Origin: Tubulanus polymorphus
Taxonomy: Eukaryota; Animalia; Nemertea
Length of the DNA: 64,000 nt
Direction of reading: 5' to 3'
Assembly (NCBI RefSeq): GCF_964204645.1
Contig: NC_134028.1
Span: 4,340,001-4,404,000 of the forward strand
A program made the translations under genes and the position numbers. This document shows, in pieces, positions 1-13,300 of this stretch. A model generated the notes under the pieces. That model did not search any database and had not been told where the DNA came from. It was given only the letters and a program-made list of their open reading frames with translations. Positions within the stretch are counted from its first letter, which is position 1. Each line of letters starts with the position of its first letter.

Positions 1-60
1 GCTAAGCTCAGGTCGACTTACGACCCGAGCAAATCGTCCTGTTACTAGAGTAGTTGTTAC

Positions 61-243
61 CTTTGTGTCCTGTCACTTGTTGCATAGCTGTTATATTCAC
101 ACTTGCCGTATCAAGACAAGATGCTTGCAACTTGAATGTAAAGGACTCGTTGAATTCGGGGTCGGAGTTCTTCTTTACGATGTCCGTTTTCTTGGTTTTG
201 AGGATTTTGTTTTGTATTGATAAACTGACTTTGATGTACGTAT
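61..243 (-). CDS. SYT15: Syt15-like coding exon 8: C2B
   Basis: ctgcgcag| ... AAG|gtaac; 183 nt encoding DTYIKVSLSIQNKILKTKKTDIVKKNSDPEFNESFTFKLQASCLDTASVNITAMQQVTGHK (C2B KTKKT and P.FNESF motifs). Confidence 0.93.
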
Positions 244-328
244 CTGCGCAGAAAGAAATACGTTTTGAAATACTCCAGTTTCTAGCGAGTGACTATGACC
301 GTGATATTCATAATTTAGTGATACGTAC

Positions 329-449
329 CGACAGAGGCCACGCCGTCGAGTTGACGAAAGTTTTTGCCCTCAAATATTCCTACAGTGAGCCGTTCCAAAT
401 GATCGTTATACGTTAATGATATGTGTAATTCACCGCTAACATCGTGAGA
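329..449 (-). CDS. SYT15: Syt15-like coding exon 7: start of C2B
   Basis: tttctag| ... G|gtacgt; 121 nt encoding SHDVSGELHISLTYNDHLERLTVGIFEGKNFRQLDGVASV. Confidence 0.93.
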
Positions 450-526
450 CTAGAAATTCAGAAGAATAAAAGTTTTGTTTTAGATTGCAGGTTAAATCTA
501 AGTAACTATGAACTAAACACTCCTTT

Positions 527-769
527 GTAACGACGATGTTGAAAATCTAACGATCAGAAAAGAAAAACGAAAGGTTCGAAAAGGTTTCATTTAGTTGAAT
601 TATTTATATTCAACGTTTCGACTATATCGAAAAGTCATTTTCAGGAATACATTGAGTGTATACACGACCGTATTCCTGATGAAGATGACTATTAGGACAT
701 CGAAAATAAAAAATTAATTAGTGAAACCATTTTTTCTTTTCGAGTTTGGGATTTTCTACATCAATGTTA
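527..769. mobile_element. Fold-back element with two inverted hammerhead-like motifs (Penelope-like remnant) in the Syt15 intron
   Basis: Palindrome centred on GTGTATACAC (656-665). Minus arm TATTC-CTGAAAA-T-GACT...AGTC-GAAA-CGTT-GAATA (607-649); plus arm TATTC-CTGATGA-A-GATG...CATC-GAAA (671-705). Outer arms GATGTTGAAAATC / GATTTTCTACATC. Confidence 0.6.
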
Positions 770-906
770 AATCTACTTTATTATGAACAAAATATCGATT
801 ACTGGGTTTATCGCAATCGCAATGAGGTTCGCTTGTAGTTCAGTTTTGAGTCAAAAACCGGCCAAACCTGTGTACGATATTTCGGAGATTTCTACGAAAA
901 ACCAAC

Positions 907-1077
907 CTCGACAACTTCGCGTTCCAAGTCTCGCCAAACGACAACTCTTTCGTTACTTTCACAGTCGTGCTCTCTCAGCGGGTAAACCGCATGTCCGATC
1001 ACGTGGTGTCTACGGTGACGATCTACGTCATACATCGTTAACTTCAGCACACGTTCCTCAAATGATTTATGGGATAC
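907..1077 (-). CDS. SYT15: Syt15-like coding exon 6: end of C2A
   Basis: gatag| ... GAG|gttggt; 171 nt encoding VSHKSFEERVLKLTMYDVDRHRRHHVIGHAVYPLREHDCESNERVVVWRDLEREVVE. Confidence 0.93.
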
Positions 1078-1441
1078 CTATCCGTCAAAACAGACAAATG
1101 TATCATCCGAAACTTAGTATGTAGTTTAAAGTTTTCAACAAGCACAATCATAAAAAGAGAACGTAGATTTTTGTGTGGACCAAGCAAAGCCTTAGGGCCG
1201 CTGTCGCAAGCACCCGCAAGTATAAGGAAAGTTAAATGAAGGAACAAAGGTAAAGGAAATGAGAACTTATAAATTTTGTAAATTCAAGGAGAGTGTATAT
1301 GAGTAAGCTAGAAGAAGGAGCAATACATGTTGTGACGTCACAGCGCGTCATATTGACCGTCGCAAGCAGCTAACAGAAGTTAAAGGACACGCGTGGCAAG
1401 TGAACAACGCGTGTGGATCCCTACACGAATCCCAGGATTCA

Positions 1442-1594
<153 letters not shown>

Positions 1595-1794
1595 CTAATG
1601 AGGAGCTAAGGAATCGAAGAGTCTCAACGAGATTAAACTAGCAATGACGTCGTTATGAGTCGCGCTGTCGTGTAGACACAAACCTAATTATTGACCGAAT
1701 TTGACAGCTTTATTAACTTTTAACCGTCCGATCAATTCGAGTATTCAATTGCCATTTTCTGAAAAGATTCTCGTCGTCGATCGCGCGCGCTTAC

Positions 1795-2005
1795 CGTACG
1801 AAAGGATCACAACAGTTTGGATTGCCAAGGCTTCGACTGGGTAGATTCTTAGCCTTGATGAGCGTCAATAACAGTTTCTCGGATTCCCGTTCGTACTCAA
1901 CAGCGAACCAAATTCGACCGATGTGATTCATAGGGATGTCGTAGACGTCGTCTTCATCTGTAACCTTATACAAACTAGGATCTATCGCGCCTAACGCGTA
2001 CGCAC
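1795..2005 (-). CDS. SYT15: Syt15-like coding exon 4: linker and start of C2A
   Basis: ttgcag| ... CG|gtaag; encodes AYALGAIDPSLYK...GRIWFAVEYERESEKLLLTLIKAKNLPSRSLGNPNCCDPFVR (first C2 strands). Confidence 0.95.
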
Positions 2006-2109
2006 CTGCAAGTAGAAAAGAGTTCAGAAGACATGAGTAAATTGTCCAGAATTACCATAATTCTGCATATAATATCTTCATTAAACGGGAATCGCTCGAG
2101 TCATGACCG

Positions 2110-2256
2110 TCTCTTTCTTCTCTTTTTCAACTTGTCTCTCTTGTTTGTAACTGTGATTGTAATGTGTTCACTTTATCGTTGTATATCTGGCGCTGTAACG
2201 TTTCGACAAGGATCAATAAAGTATGAATTGAATTGAATTGAATTGAATTGAAATTG
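2110..2256 (+). mobile_element. LINE 3' tail remnant
   Basis: T-rich UTR-like stretch, AATAAA at 2215-2220, then (GAATT)5, typical of CR1/L2-type 3' ends. Confidence 0.5.
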
Positions 2257-5200
2257 CCTCTCGTAACAAATAGTACAGTAAAGTATAGTATAGAACAGTA
2301 TAGAATTACTCAACACAGTTGTATAAACTGGTCTGATGGGAAACATGATTTCACACAAATATACCAAATGGCAGTGCACTGAAAATAATGGAATACGAGC
2401 ATGGAATAAATTGTACAAAGAAGGTTCAAAGAAGGATATTTATGGTTCAGAGGTCCTGAGAAAGAACTTTCTTCGTTTAAGTTACGAAGTTTTTTCATAC
2501 AGTATAGGAATAAGAATGTGGTAAGATCGATGAAGAAGGGCCAGAGGAGTCAGGAAGGCTTTCAAATCTACTTCATGAACCGCGAACTCTGACATATACA
2601 TTATGGTAATTGAAACAAGCTATTGCACCTCCCTGTCGAGCTAACGATGTGTCATTTACGAATGATGCGTGTCAGAATATTTTAAATATTTATATGAATT
2701 CTCCGTGAAAGTGATTATTAACCTGTGTGATATGAAACATGTGCCCACGGACAAATCTGATTAATTAATTTCTAGATGCAATTAACATACGCTGCAGCAT
2801 CTGAGCAACGGAATTTGATTATAATTAAAATCTCATCGGCTACCACTGCGGTGACATCCAAAACCGCAATGACGTAATTGACACAGATGTTCAAAATCCA
2901 ATTACTCCCCTACGAGACCGTTAATGGACAGTGGTCGATATCATGGCGGCGATAGATAGAGCACAGCTGCCCCAAATGGACAGCAAATATATATATATTC
3001 AGATTTTCTTCGGTTTTTTCAGCTATCTTTATTACGGGGAAACTCTTCGTAGTAGTTTTCATAGAGCAGTTTATGACGGTGCGTCTGATTAAATCGTGGA
3101 GTTTAGGCGGCGATCGTCTCTGTCTTATCGGGCTTGAAATCATTTCGAGCAAACAAAGTAACACGGTTCCGTTTCATCGTATTATATTGACTGCGTATAC
3201 CGTAAACACGACTAGGTGTATCCCTTGTGATAGAAATATCAAACGGAGTACTTCAGGCCCTTAAGATTTCATTCATTAATCCCCTATGAAACTGGACGCT
3301 AATGATTCCGACTAATATTCATCTTGCAGCCGATGATCACGGTGCCTTGCATGCCTAATATCTAACTCATTGTAGTAATCTTGCGCCATCGGGCATTGGA
3401 GGTCACCGGGGACTTAGAATCGCAAAATGGATTACAGATTTCGGAAAAACTACGCAAGCCGCATCTAATTCATTTAGACCAATGTCAAAGTCACTAAAGG
3501 ATGGCGACGTTGAACTATCAGACGGATAACGATTATGGTGGCGTTAAGAACAAACACCTCCCTGGGCAGATATACCACAGTCCGGTCTTCACAAACACGT
3601 CCGCAAATACCGAAGCGGTCTGGAAAATTACTTCAGAAAGTCATTATTTGCGATATAATGCGTTTGTTTATCCAGGTTATTATATGGTTTAAAAATTCAG
3701 AGTCTCCCGACACGTCCCGACACGAATTGCACAGACTATAAATAACATCTAACAAACGTTCCCAGATCGCAGATTACACGAAGCCACATGATGACCAAGA
3801 AACAGTATGAGTGCAGTAAATTATCACGCCAATAACTCTGATTTATCGGACAGAAAATAACTTGACCTCAGCGAAATGAATCCGAATATATTCTAGCCGA
3901 ATTGGTCCATAAATTCCACGTAAAAAACCACCGCGATGAACGCCTGCAGCTTAGCCGTGTTAATTGACCTGTTATATATATATGAGGATAATACGAGATA
4001 TCAATCCATCAATTTTGTTGACAGGGAAGGAAAAAGTGACTTTAAAGTGGAAATTCATCTTTTCAATGCATGTTATACCTTACTCGGACGCGGAACCAAT
4101 TTTGTCGTCTTATGCGGCAACATAAAACGCATAATTGCTGTACTTAAATCTTAAAAAATCTATTCGGCATGAAATATATGGTTTCTGACAGCGCGGTAGA
4201 TCGTCAGTGACGTTTGAATGCGGCATTTCTCGCTGCGACTGTCAGTGCTATTTTCTCGTAGTTTGATTGAATTTGCTTCGTGGCGCCAATAGATACGTGT
4301 GCTCTTATACTCATCGACTAATCTGATTAATATGATGACGGACCAAAAATAATTCCTGAAACCTACGCATCGTCGAAGCGTTGAGACGAAAACATATCGT
4401 TATTGTTGGACTCAGTGAATGCGGGGAATATATGATACCAAAAACGTGTTGGTTTGCTCTAGTTATGATGTATATATGAAATACCCGCGGGTTTAAAAAC
4501 GAGCATTTTTATCCTTGGTAAGATTGAGTGCCTCCTCGGTCGACGTTATGTTCACGACAAACACGTCAGAACATCACCGCGCCTTATCTTCGGTCAAAAC
4601 GCGCACAGTGTGTGTGCATTAATTTTGGTTAGTCACATATCGAGTTGACCGCACCGTTTCGCAAATTTCCGATCCTAATTAATCTTTCTTTACGTCGAGG
4701 GCGAAAAAACGTTTCTGCATCGTACAAACATATAACAGCGTCGAGTACACGGCTAATCCGCTCCATCAACCGACACACGAACTTCCATTTTCCGCCGGAT
4801 CATTTGAATTGCAAAACCAAAATGGCAGTGGCACAGAGCCAGAAAAATGATATGTATAAAAAAACATTGGCTAAATCGAAATTCCGTATATCCTCTGTAT
4901 CGGGATACGTCTGATGTGGAAAGTTGTTTGACTACGCGTTGAGTAAGACTGACAGCACTATCACACGATGTTCATGGATGCAGTAATGACATCCTAACGT
5001 TTAAGAAGGATCTAACGTTTTACATCATTCGAGTGGCTGTATGTAAGTCGGCGATGATCTACATCAGTGGCTTTTGGTCAGCATCAATGTGGACACTAAT
5101 TACATTCTAGGGTTTTGCGAATGCTAACAATATTAATGATGCCGTGACCAAACCGGACCAATCGCTAATTAATCTCTATTCTTATATCTAATATATCAAC

Positions 5201-8131
5201 AACAATTCGGCTACATTAAACTCAACGACCCCGCGATTGCATGATGCTGGATCCTTACTGCACCCACTCTATACTCGACATCTCCTCGAATTATCAAACT
5301 GTAGATATCACGTAACGATGTGGTTCGGTCGGTTTTGTTGATATGATCTTCTAAACGTGGGTTCAATGACTATAAGATTACAATATACTGATATATCTAA
5401 AATAAGGATCAACCTGAGAATAAGTAATACCCATGAAATATTGATTGACCGCTAATGTGCTTACGATCTTTTACAGTAAGTTGGCCGTTCGACGGAAGAG
5501 GTTATTCGGTCCATTCCACGTCTAGTGGGTTACCTGTGCAACCTGAATGTATCTCATTACTACAAACCAACTCAAGTTCCATGTCAGGAAACTAATGAAC
5601 TTAATCTACACATTCGAATATATAACAACAGTTTGAACTAGCCGTCAACTTTGACTTTTTGTCACCTTACTTAAAAGTTGAAGACGTAATCCTGATTTTC
5701 GATTGAAACACTGATCGCTGAGCCGAGGTTTCCAATCGATAAATAATTGACGGTCCATTGAAAATCGACGCCAATTTGCACGTTGATTTCGATGTCTGTC
5801 GGCGGTAATTTGACAACGTGTGGTATTTTGGATTTGTATTTCATTTTCGTGCCAGAAACAGTTCATCAATAATTCGCCCGATTACCGGCCGTTTGCGGAG
5901 CGAATGATGGGACGTAATTACGTATATGAAGCAGACGCCGGGAACTGCGAACTCGGGCAGACGATGGTCTGGAGGTAATTACTGGATCGATAATTAAAAA
6001 TAACCCGCAGGGAAATCATAATACACATATTCATATATAGATAAATACTTAATCATTGATGCGAATGAACGATGACGAATGGAAACAATTGATGAAACAC
6101 TCGGATTCCGTTTTGTGCAGATACGTAATATAGAAAATGTCACACTAAAGGAATGATTAAGAAATAATTCAGTATTCCTGAAGATGAATTAACTACTAGC
6201 TCAAGGAGATGTTTCGGACTCGCGTTTCTTTAGTATTTTCAATGTTACTGACGAATTGAGGCTTCGTGGACTATTTTCGAACTTTGGTAGATAAGAGAAT
6301 ATTTTTCTAAGCGAACCTCGTGGTATTTCAACCCTTAAAGTACGAACGGTTTCAACCTCTGTCAAACGGGATCAATTTCCAAACACAGTCTTGCGATGAA
6401 TTTGATTTAAATCAGCTTGAATTGTTTAACCAAATATTATTAGAGTCCTGGACCCGAGTTCATTGGTTGAACGATGAAAGCTGGAATGACCGGCGGGGAC
6501 TGTTGATTATATAAGATCATGTACCAAACAGCATCGCAAATATTGACCGTAAATAGCCTTAAACTAGATGTTCGATGTTAAGGCCAGACTGGAAGAGTTG
6601 AGCAACTGGTCAAGACATCGTTCATAAATTAATCACATATATGTAGAAACCTTGCAATTACGAAATTCATGAGTTCTGGCTGTCAATATGCGGCTAACGT
6701 AGCATATTCCTGCAATTTAAGGACGCTGTCGGCACGAACTTCTTTCCTACGAGATGTTTTACGGTCACAGTATGATTTGCAAGGTGGAAGGGGACGGAAA
6801 GATTTCCTATAGCCGCGAAGAATCCGGGGTTTATTACGTTAAAAGCTTTCGAACGACCGCATAATTCGCCTTGAGCCTCGAAGGATGTCGTTTGAATATG
6901 TTATAGCAACGAAGACCGATGCATCGGTTGAAGAAATCTTTTTATGTAGCTGTTTGTAGTAAAAGCCTGGCATACTGTACCCTCCTACTCCTAGAACAGA
7001 CATTTAATTAGGACTAAATGAAAAACCCCACGGAAGAGGCAGATACATCAGAAAACAGGTAGACACGTTCCATCAGCTTTCATGCAGTGGACCAGGTATT
7101 TGGACAGGCGATAATCGGATATGTGGGAATACCTTAAGACACAGATGGGGATCGCATAAATTGGATTGGGAAAACACCATCATAATTGATCACGAACATT
7201 AGCCAGCGAAGGCGTCGCACCGACGGATCTCTTGATCGACAGTACAGAAATGCTAACAAGTTCATGACACTATTCAAGATGTATAGTTTTGTGACTGACG
7301 CGATACATAATTCAATAAGCGAATGTTGAAAAGTCCCGAATGATGCAGTTAAGGCAGCTCTATCGCTTATACATATTTGATATATTAAGGCGATTGGACA
7401 AACGAATTCATTTATTCTATTCAGATATTATTATTGATCAGACCAACTGGCCGGTTGGGAGTAATGATCTTGCATTGACCCGAAATATAAAATATTGAAT
7501 CATGCCATAAAAGAAAGCCGCTTTTCTTAGTGTCGGATTGTTAATGGATCCTATTGCGTGAATACGCGAATGACGAATATTCTCTCGATATGATGCGTTT
7601 AAATGAAAGCGAATCTTACGTCGAATGGTAACATATCGGTTGGAATTTCATCCGTAATCCGTCGCTAATGTGTTATCAAAAGTCGTTTCTGAGAAGTGAA
7701 CAAACGGCGATAGGTTTTGCTCAGGGAATGTAAACGGTATAAAGATCATCGATTCGGCGGATAGCTATCGCTGTAAACGGCGACCCCTGCGACTGAGCAA
7801 CATTATCAGATTATCCCGTAGAACAGTATGACGTAGACGAAACGAACACGAGGATCAGAAAAGAGAGCGTTGTACGAATCCATAAAACTCATAGAGATTT
7901 TGTCGAGCACTTGTGTTTTAGATTAAACTCTCTCGTGTCATTTTCAATCTCCCAGAATTGTTTTTTCTTTTTTTTTAAATGTCAAATGTTAAAGCAAACT
8001 GATTCTCGGCTCCGTAATACTACAAAAACCGTGAATACACGAAATATCATTCTGTAGTCGATTACAACCCCTCCCGTAGTTCTTATTACCTCCTTTCAAG
8101 GGCAACTCCTTTTTTCATTCATTTCTTCGTA

Positions 8132-8282
8132 CAGTGGAATCTCGTTAAATACGAATCTTGAGGGCAAAAGCGAAATTGTCGTATCAAATGGGCTTCGTAT
8201 TATCCAAAGGTTGATTGATATTAATATTTTCGTAAAAAACGCATTTCGTCTTAAACAGAATCGTAATCACGAGGTTCAATTG
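8132..8282. mobile_element. Tc1/mariner-pogo-like MITE
   Basis: TA|CAGTGGAATCTCG at left and degenerate CGAGGTTCAATTG at right, with internal TTCGTATTA-type subterminal motifs. Confidence 0.55.
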
Positions 8283-10038
8283 TGATATTAGTGGCAACGA
8301 AAATAGATCTCGGTTCTATTCTTTCCTAAAACGTTTGAGAGGAATAAAGAAGGTTAGCTGTACCCGTCGTTAATCAAGACTCGTTGAAATTCTCATCTCA
8401 GTTTCTCTTGTTAGTAATTATTCATTTTTCTTGCCGTCGCTATTTTGACAAATTATCACAAGATAATAAGACTTCGATCGATATCTGCGACGACGATCGG
8501 GATCTCGAACATAACGCATTCACCATAAAAGCAGCCTGGTTTAGAAATCGAAATTTCTATCATCAGAGATCGATCGTCGCCTAAAGTCCCGATGGAACTC
8601 GATTCATAAGACTCAACGCCGTTTCTTGGAGAGACGCGGAATAATCAAAGCGCTTGTACGTACTAAGCGCCGCGTGTAATTAAACATAATTTGAATAGCG
8701 CAATTTCTAAACATATTGAAAGAATTTCTATGAGATTATTCGCTATATGATAATCTGAATCTGTTGAGAGATTCTCCACAGGACTGTGACAACTTATACC
8801 TAAATCAAAGTCAAGATGATATTTTTAAAGAGTTACGTATCATATTATAATTTTTCGCAAGAACACCTATATTTATGCATAATACTATAATTCCCCATTT
8901 GAAGTTGATGTTGTAAAGTGATACTTTTCTGTTTCTATTTTCTTTTTTTTGGGTCTGAATAGTATTTCAAGAATTGTATTTATATATAAACTTGATGATA
9001 TGTTATGCAAATAAAATTCATTGTATTGCATAGCATTGTAAAAAAAAAAATCTATATAGACAGCATAATTTCTAATCAAACGTGATTCAGTGCTCGCACT
9101 AACTCTAGTCTCCGTACGTGGTTCCGGAGTTGTTCACCGACCACGATCGCCGTGAAAAGATCATTCATTACAGGAGCGAGCGAACAGAAATACGTCCGCG
9201 CGATATACCGTGTTAGGAATCGATGGGTGGACTTAAGCACCCTGGTAATTTGTTGATGATATTGGATGTGTGCAACTCACGCGCGAGCTGGCCCGGAAAC
9301 TTCGTTTCTAGGAAAAAAAAACAGACACGCCAAAATCTCGATGTAATAGCTCGGGTAATTCGACGAATTGCGAATAGAGACGATACTAAATAGCCAATAG
9401 TTCAAATTACCCCCCGATAATTGAGTAGCATAATTGCGAATTTTCTGTGTGAATGTTCTTCGACGAGATCTGAGACCAAGTCAGTAAAATACCGCACTAT
9501 TACTCCTTAAACAATATGTAAATATCACGGTAAAATATGCGTGAGTCGGCTGAAAACATGGGTTATGACACAAGATAGTTAGAGAGAAAAATGCGGCATT
9601 CGATGAAATAAAGATGATGAAAAAGAAATGACACGTTGCGTTCGTCTTTTTTCTATAGTTTTATAGATATTTTCCACCTGTTCTTCAGATGACAGCAACA
9701 AAAACCGAAGCGACGCCGAGGATTGAAACCAGATATCACAAAACATCTAGAGAGGAAATCATTTTGCGAAGGTCTGTAGATTAAAAAAAATAATATTTAG
9801 CTCATCGAACTACCAGAAAGCGACGAGTTTCCTCGCAGTCTGATTGCTGCTATCAGGTGCCCGGAAACGTGAAGAAATACTGAATCGCGATGATCAGTCA
9901 TTCCAATCAGCATAAAGCCTTGATTTCACGAGCTGGCTTAAAAGACTAGGTTTGAATTGTCCGAATTTTCTTTGGTGCATTTGATTCAGATTTGCTGGTT
10001 TTAAACTGTATTTAGAAAAGCGGAAACGTTGTTTGTAA

Positions 10039-10302
10039 AGGTTGATTTTCACGAGCGGTTTCCGGCAGGTTTTTCCCGCTACGTGAAAACATCCTCGCAT
10101 GGAAAACGTCCTCACGCGAAAAATGTCCTCATGTGGAAAACGTCCTCACGCGAAAAATGTCCTCGCACGTTTTCACCTAGTTGGTTACAGCCAGCTATTT
10201 TCTGCAGCGGAATGTTACAAAAGCTTTTCCTGCTGTCGCGTTTTCCTGTTCGGGGTCAGTTTTACGGCTACCCTGGAAACCGTCGTTCGTGAATAACAGC
10301 CT
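10039..10302. mobile_element. Non-autonomous PIF/Harbinger-like MITE with internal 17-bp repeats
   Basis: TIRs AGGTTGATTTTCACGAGCGGTTTCC and rc AGGCTGTTATTCACGAACGACGGTTTCC; TAA TSD at 10036-10038 and 10303-10305; ~5 units of GGAAAACGTCCTCACGC at 10085-10169. Confidence 0.75.
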
Positions 10303-13300
10303 TAAATGACCTAACAGAACCTATACACGTCGCCAAAATGAATATCCATCCACCTTTTGCGATTCAGACCCCGATTTCCTGTTTATCTTCTATCAGATAG
10401 TCGAGATTAGAATCGGGTGTTCTCGTGACACGAATGTAGCTCATTAATTCAATCAACACTCCGACAAGGCCATCACGAAGCCGTAAACAAAGTGGAAGCC
10501 ACGCTAAAAAGACGGACCGACGTCGGTTAATTCGCAAACGGGTTTTTCATGTCGTTAGATGTATAATTTTTTACGCCAGGGTATAGCCGCACCGGGTGTA
10601 TAATCGACTTAACACTCGTACACGCTTTCGATCGGGTTTGGCACAATCTAAACAATTAAATAGTAATACGATTGCGGAGTTGTTTTGCTTATGAATTATG
10701 CAGTCGTTTTCTGTTTTTTAGGATGACAGCTGAATTTACAGTAATTAGACATGAAATGACGTCATTATCTGCAGTCACTGATACTTAATGTCTTCAAATA
10801 TTCATATATTTTGGGAACAATTTCGGTTGATTTTCAATTTTTTTTGTGTCAGTAGAAGACATACGACATGTTTACACACTCATCTCGCTGAAGTCTAATG
10901 ACATCGAAAACACTTTTTGTTGATTTTGCTAGCGCTCAAAATGCAAAAAGATCCATTAGTCCAATAATGTGATATGATTGCAAATAAGACTATGTAGGTC
11001 TAGTAAAGGTTCGACCGATTAATGGACCGTCTCGCGCCGGCAAAACGAGGCAGCAGGCCGTCTCTCCGTAAAACTGTTTCGACGTCGAAATTGAGTCGTT
11101 ATCTCAGAATGAAGGATTAGTGGCGTCTAATCACGTGGTCCGGCTGCATTCGATCAATATTGATACTTATTTGAGCAGAGATGAATGGAGAGGAATGCTG
11201 GTCTTCGTTTCGCTTCAAAGGTGTGTCATTTTTAAAGGAAAACGCGTCGTCGTGCCGAAATCTATATCCAATGATTAAACCCGGTACCCGGGTTTATAAA
11301 TGAATCGAATTGAACCGATGTTGTAAGGGTATTAGCGGCGTTGACAGGAATAATCACCGAAAGAGACAGTTAGATAAATCACCCCTGGAAACGAACGATC
11401 TACGCGGCCCCTCGGTAATCGTTCCGTTATACAACTCCAGCTAGACGAATTCGCGCGCGAGAAGAGGTGAGACGCGGCTAATAGAAATACATCGCCGCCC
11501 GATCTGCTACACGCGTCCACTCCAATTGACAAAGGCGACTTATCAGCGTATAGACGATTGATTACCTACTCGATACATGGCGATTTAACGACGGGTAGGG
11601 CTATTTATTGACCATACTCAGTAGGGGATATTTTGACGTGTTTGCCGGTAAAAACCTTTAGAAGTCCCTTAAGAAATGGCCAATTTCAGGATATCCAATT
11701 TTCTTTTTAACGCGACTCAGCCTTGAGACTGTATGATAACCACGTACACAGTGAACCGTTTCGTGACATGGGGAAATATGTCTCGACTGCGCTAAGTACC
11801 CGTAACGATTTCCGCAATTTAGTGTATTCGTTCCGTTTCGCGGTTTAGTTCTGACATTTTGAGTACAGGTCATGCGCAACAATGTTGTCATCAGACGATC
11901 GGCAAAACTCAGAAATACTTATGAAATACTAATTCAAATGTAATCAGATTGAAGAGCTACAAATACGAAGTGTTCATCAATCAAGAACGCTCATCCAGAA
12001 AATCAATTAATTTCATCGTCGGACGGTTTACATATTGCTAGGATGATTATTAGAACGAATGAGACAAAATCACACTCCGCATTAACGTTGAAAGTATAAT
12101 GTTCGGCTTGCGCTTATGCATAATTTTTCTTATGAGATGTGCCCAATTTTCCGTTCGGAATTTGCAACACTTTTGCCACAGTAACGATAATGATTCTAAA
12201 AAATTAGGTTCTTCAAATCAATAGATTTCTATACGGCAATCTCTAATTGACTGTACCAAGTAAATCTAATGAAAAGCGTTGTAAAAAATGTTTTAAACTA
12301 GTTTAACACATTTTCAAAATGCATTATGAACCGTCATCCAATTAGGAAAACAGCTTCGGCTCGGTTAATGGGATTGAAAAGATGTTTCCACACACTCACA
12401 CATACATAAAACAGACACACAAGAAATCAGGAAATTAAATTTCGCAATTTTCATTTAAGTTATATATGTTACAGGCGGCTAGTGTTGAATATATGTGACG
12501 AGACCCGTCAGTGATGCTGACGTAGATAGTGTCGCATAACCGAAAGTCGAGCTATCATCATGTGAAGGACTCGTGATAAATATAAAGCCATTTGCTGGCA
12601 AAAAAAATACTAAGGATTGGCTGCAGACGCTGCAATATTTACACATTCCCACTGAATAAATGAAGTCCTTCGAGTTTTTCTTGATGGTTAATAAAGGATC
12701 GCGATGTCAATAATCTTTGCCTTCAGTTTGGCCAAGGAATTACCCTAGAAATCGTCTTTTTATTTCTGTACGTATACAACATAGTCTAATGGATTCAGCG
12801 ACAAATGAAAAAGTCGCCTCTTTCTCCTGTATTTGTAATATCATACGCAAACTCATTACTGAGGATAGTATCGACGTGCTAATGTGTTTTCAGAGATTTT
12901 GCGCTCCTAAAGCGGCTTTGGTTTTTTTTTTTCATGTATAGCAAGCAGCAACAGCAGCCTTTCCTAATAAAGGCTGCAAACAATGCTTGTTTTTAATACG
13001 CGGTTTACTGTTGGGAGTTAATTTGCAAGAAAAATCTCCGCAATCTTGTCAGCTTTACAGGATTTGACTGCCATTGATGCAGAAATCGATTTAATGTTTT
13101 GCGTTCGAAATTTGCTCGTATTCAAAACCGTCTGCATCATTGCGGCGTCACTCCGCTGGCCTTGACATCGCGAGCGTCGGAATTCCAGCTTTCGGGCAGA
13201 GATTTAGAGATTAAAGAGAAGGAGAGAGAGAGAGAATTTTCTCACGTGAACTGCGAAAACTGGAAAACACGATCGTTAAAAGAGAAAATGTAACCGATCG

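Noticed and set aside
54-1124. Plus-strand ORFs 54-416 and 783-1124
   Set aside because: They are antisense shadows of Syt15 exons 6-8.
5534-5542. 9-nt frame-preserving microexon candidate (cag|GTTGCACAG|gtaacc, minus strand)
   Set aside because: The polypyrimidine tract is poor and no UGC motif is nearby; such matches are expected by chance in 13 kb, and RNA-seq would be needed.
9894-10296. Overlapping ORFs at 9.9-10.3 kb
   Set aside because: They arise from the MITE and its 17-bp internal repeats.
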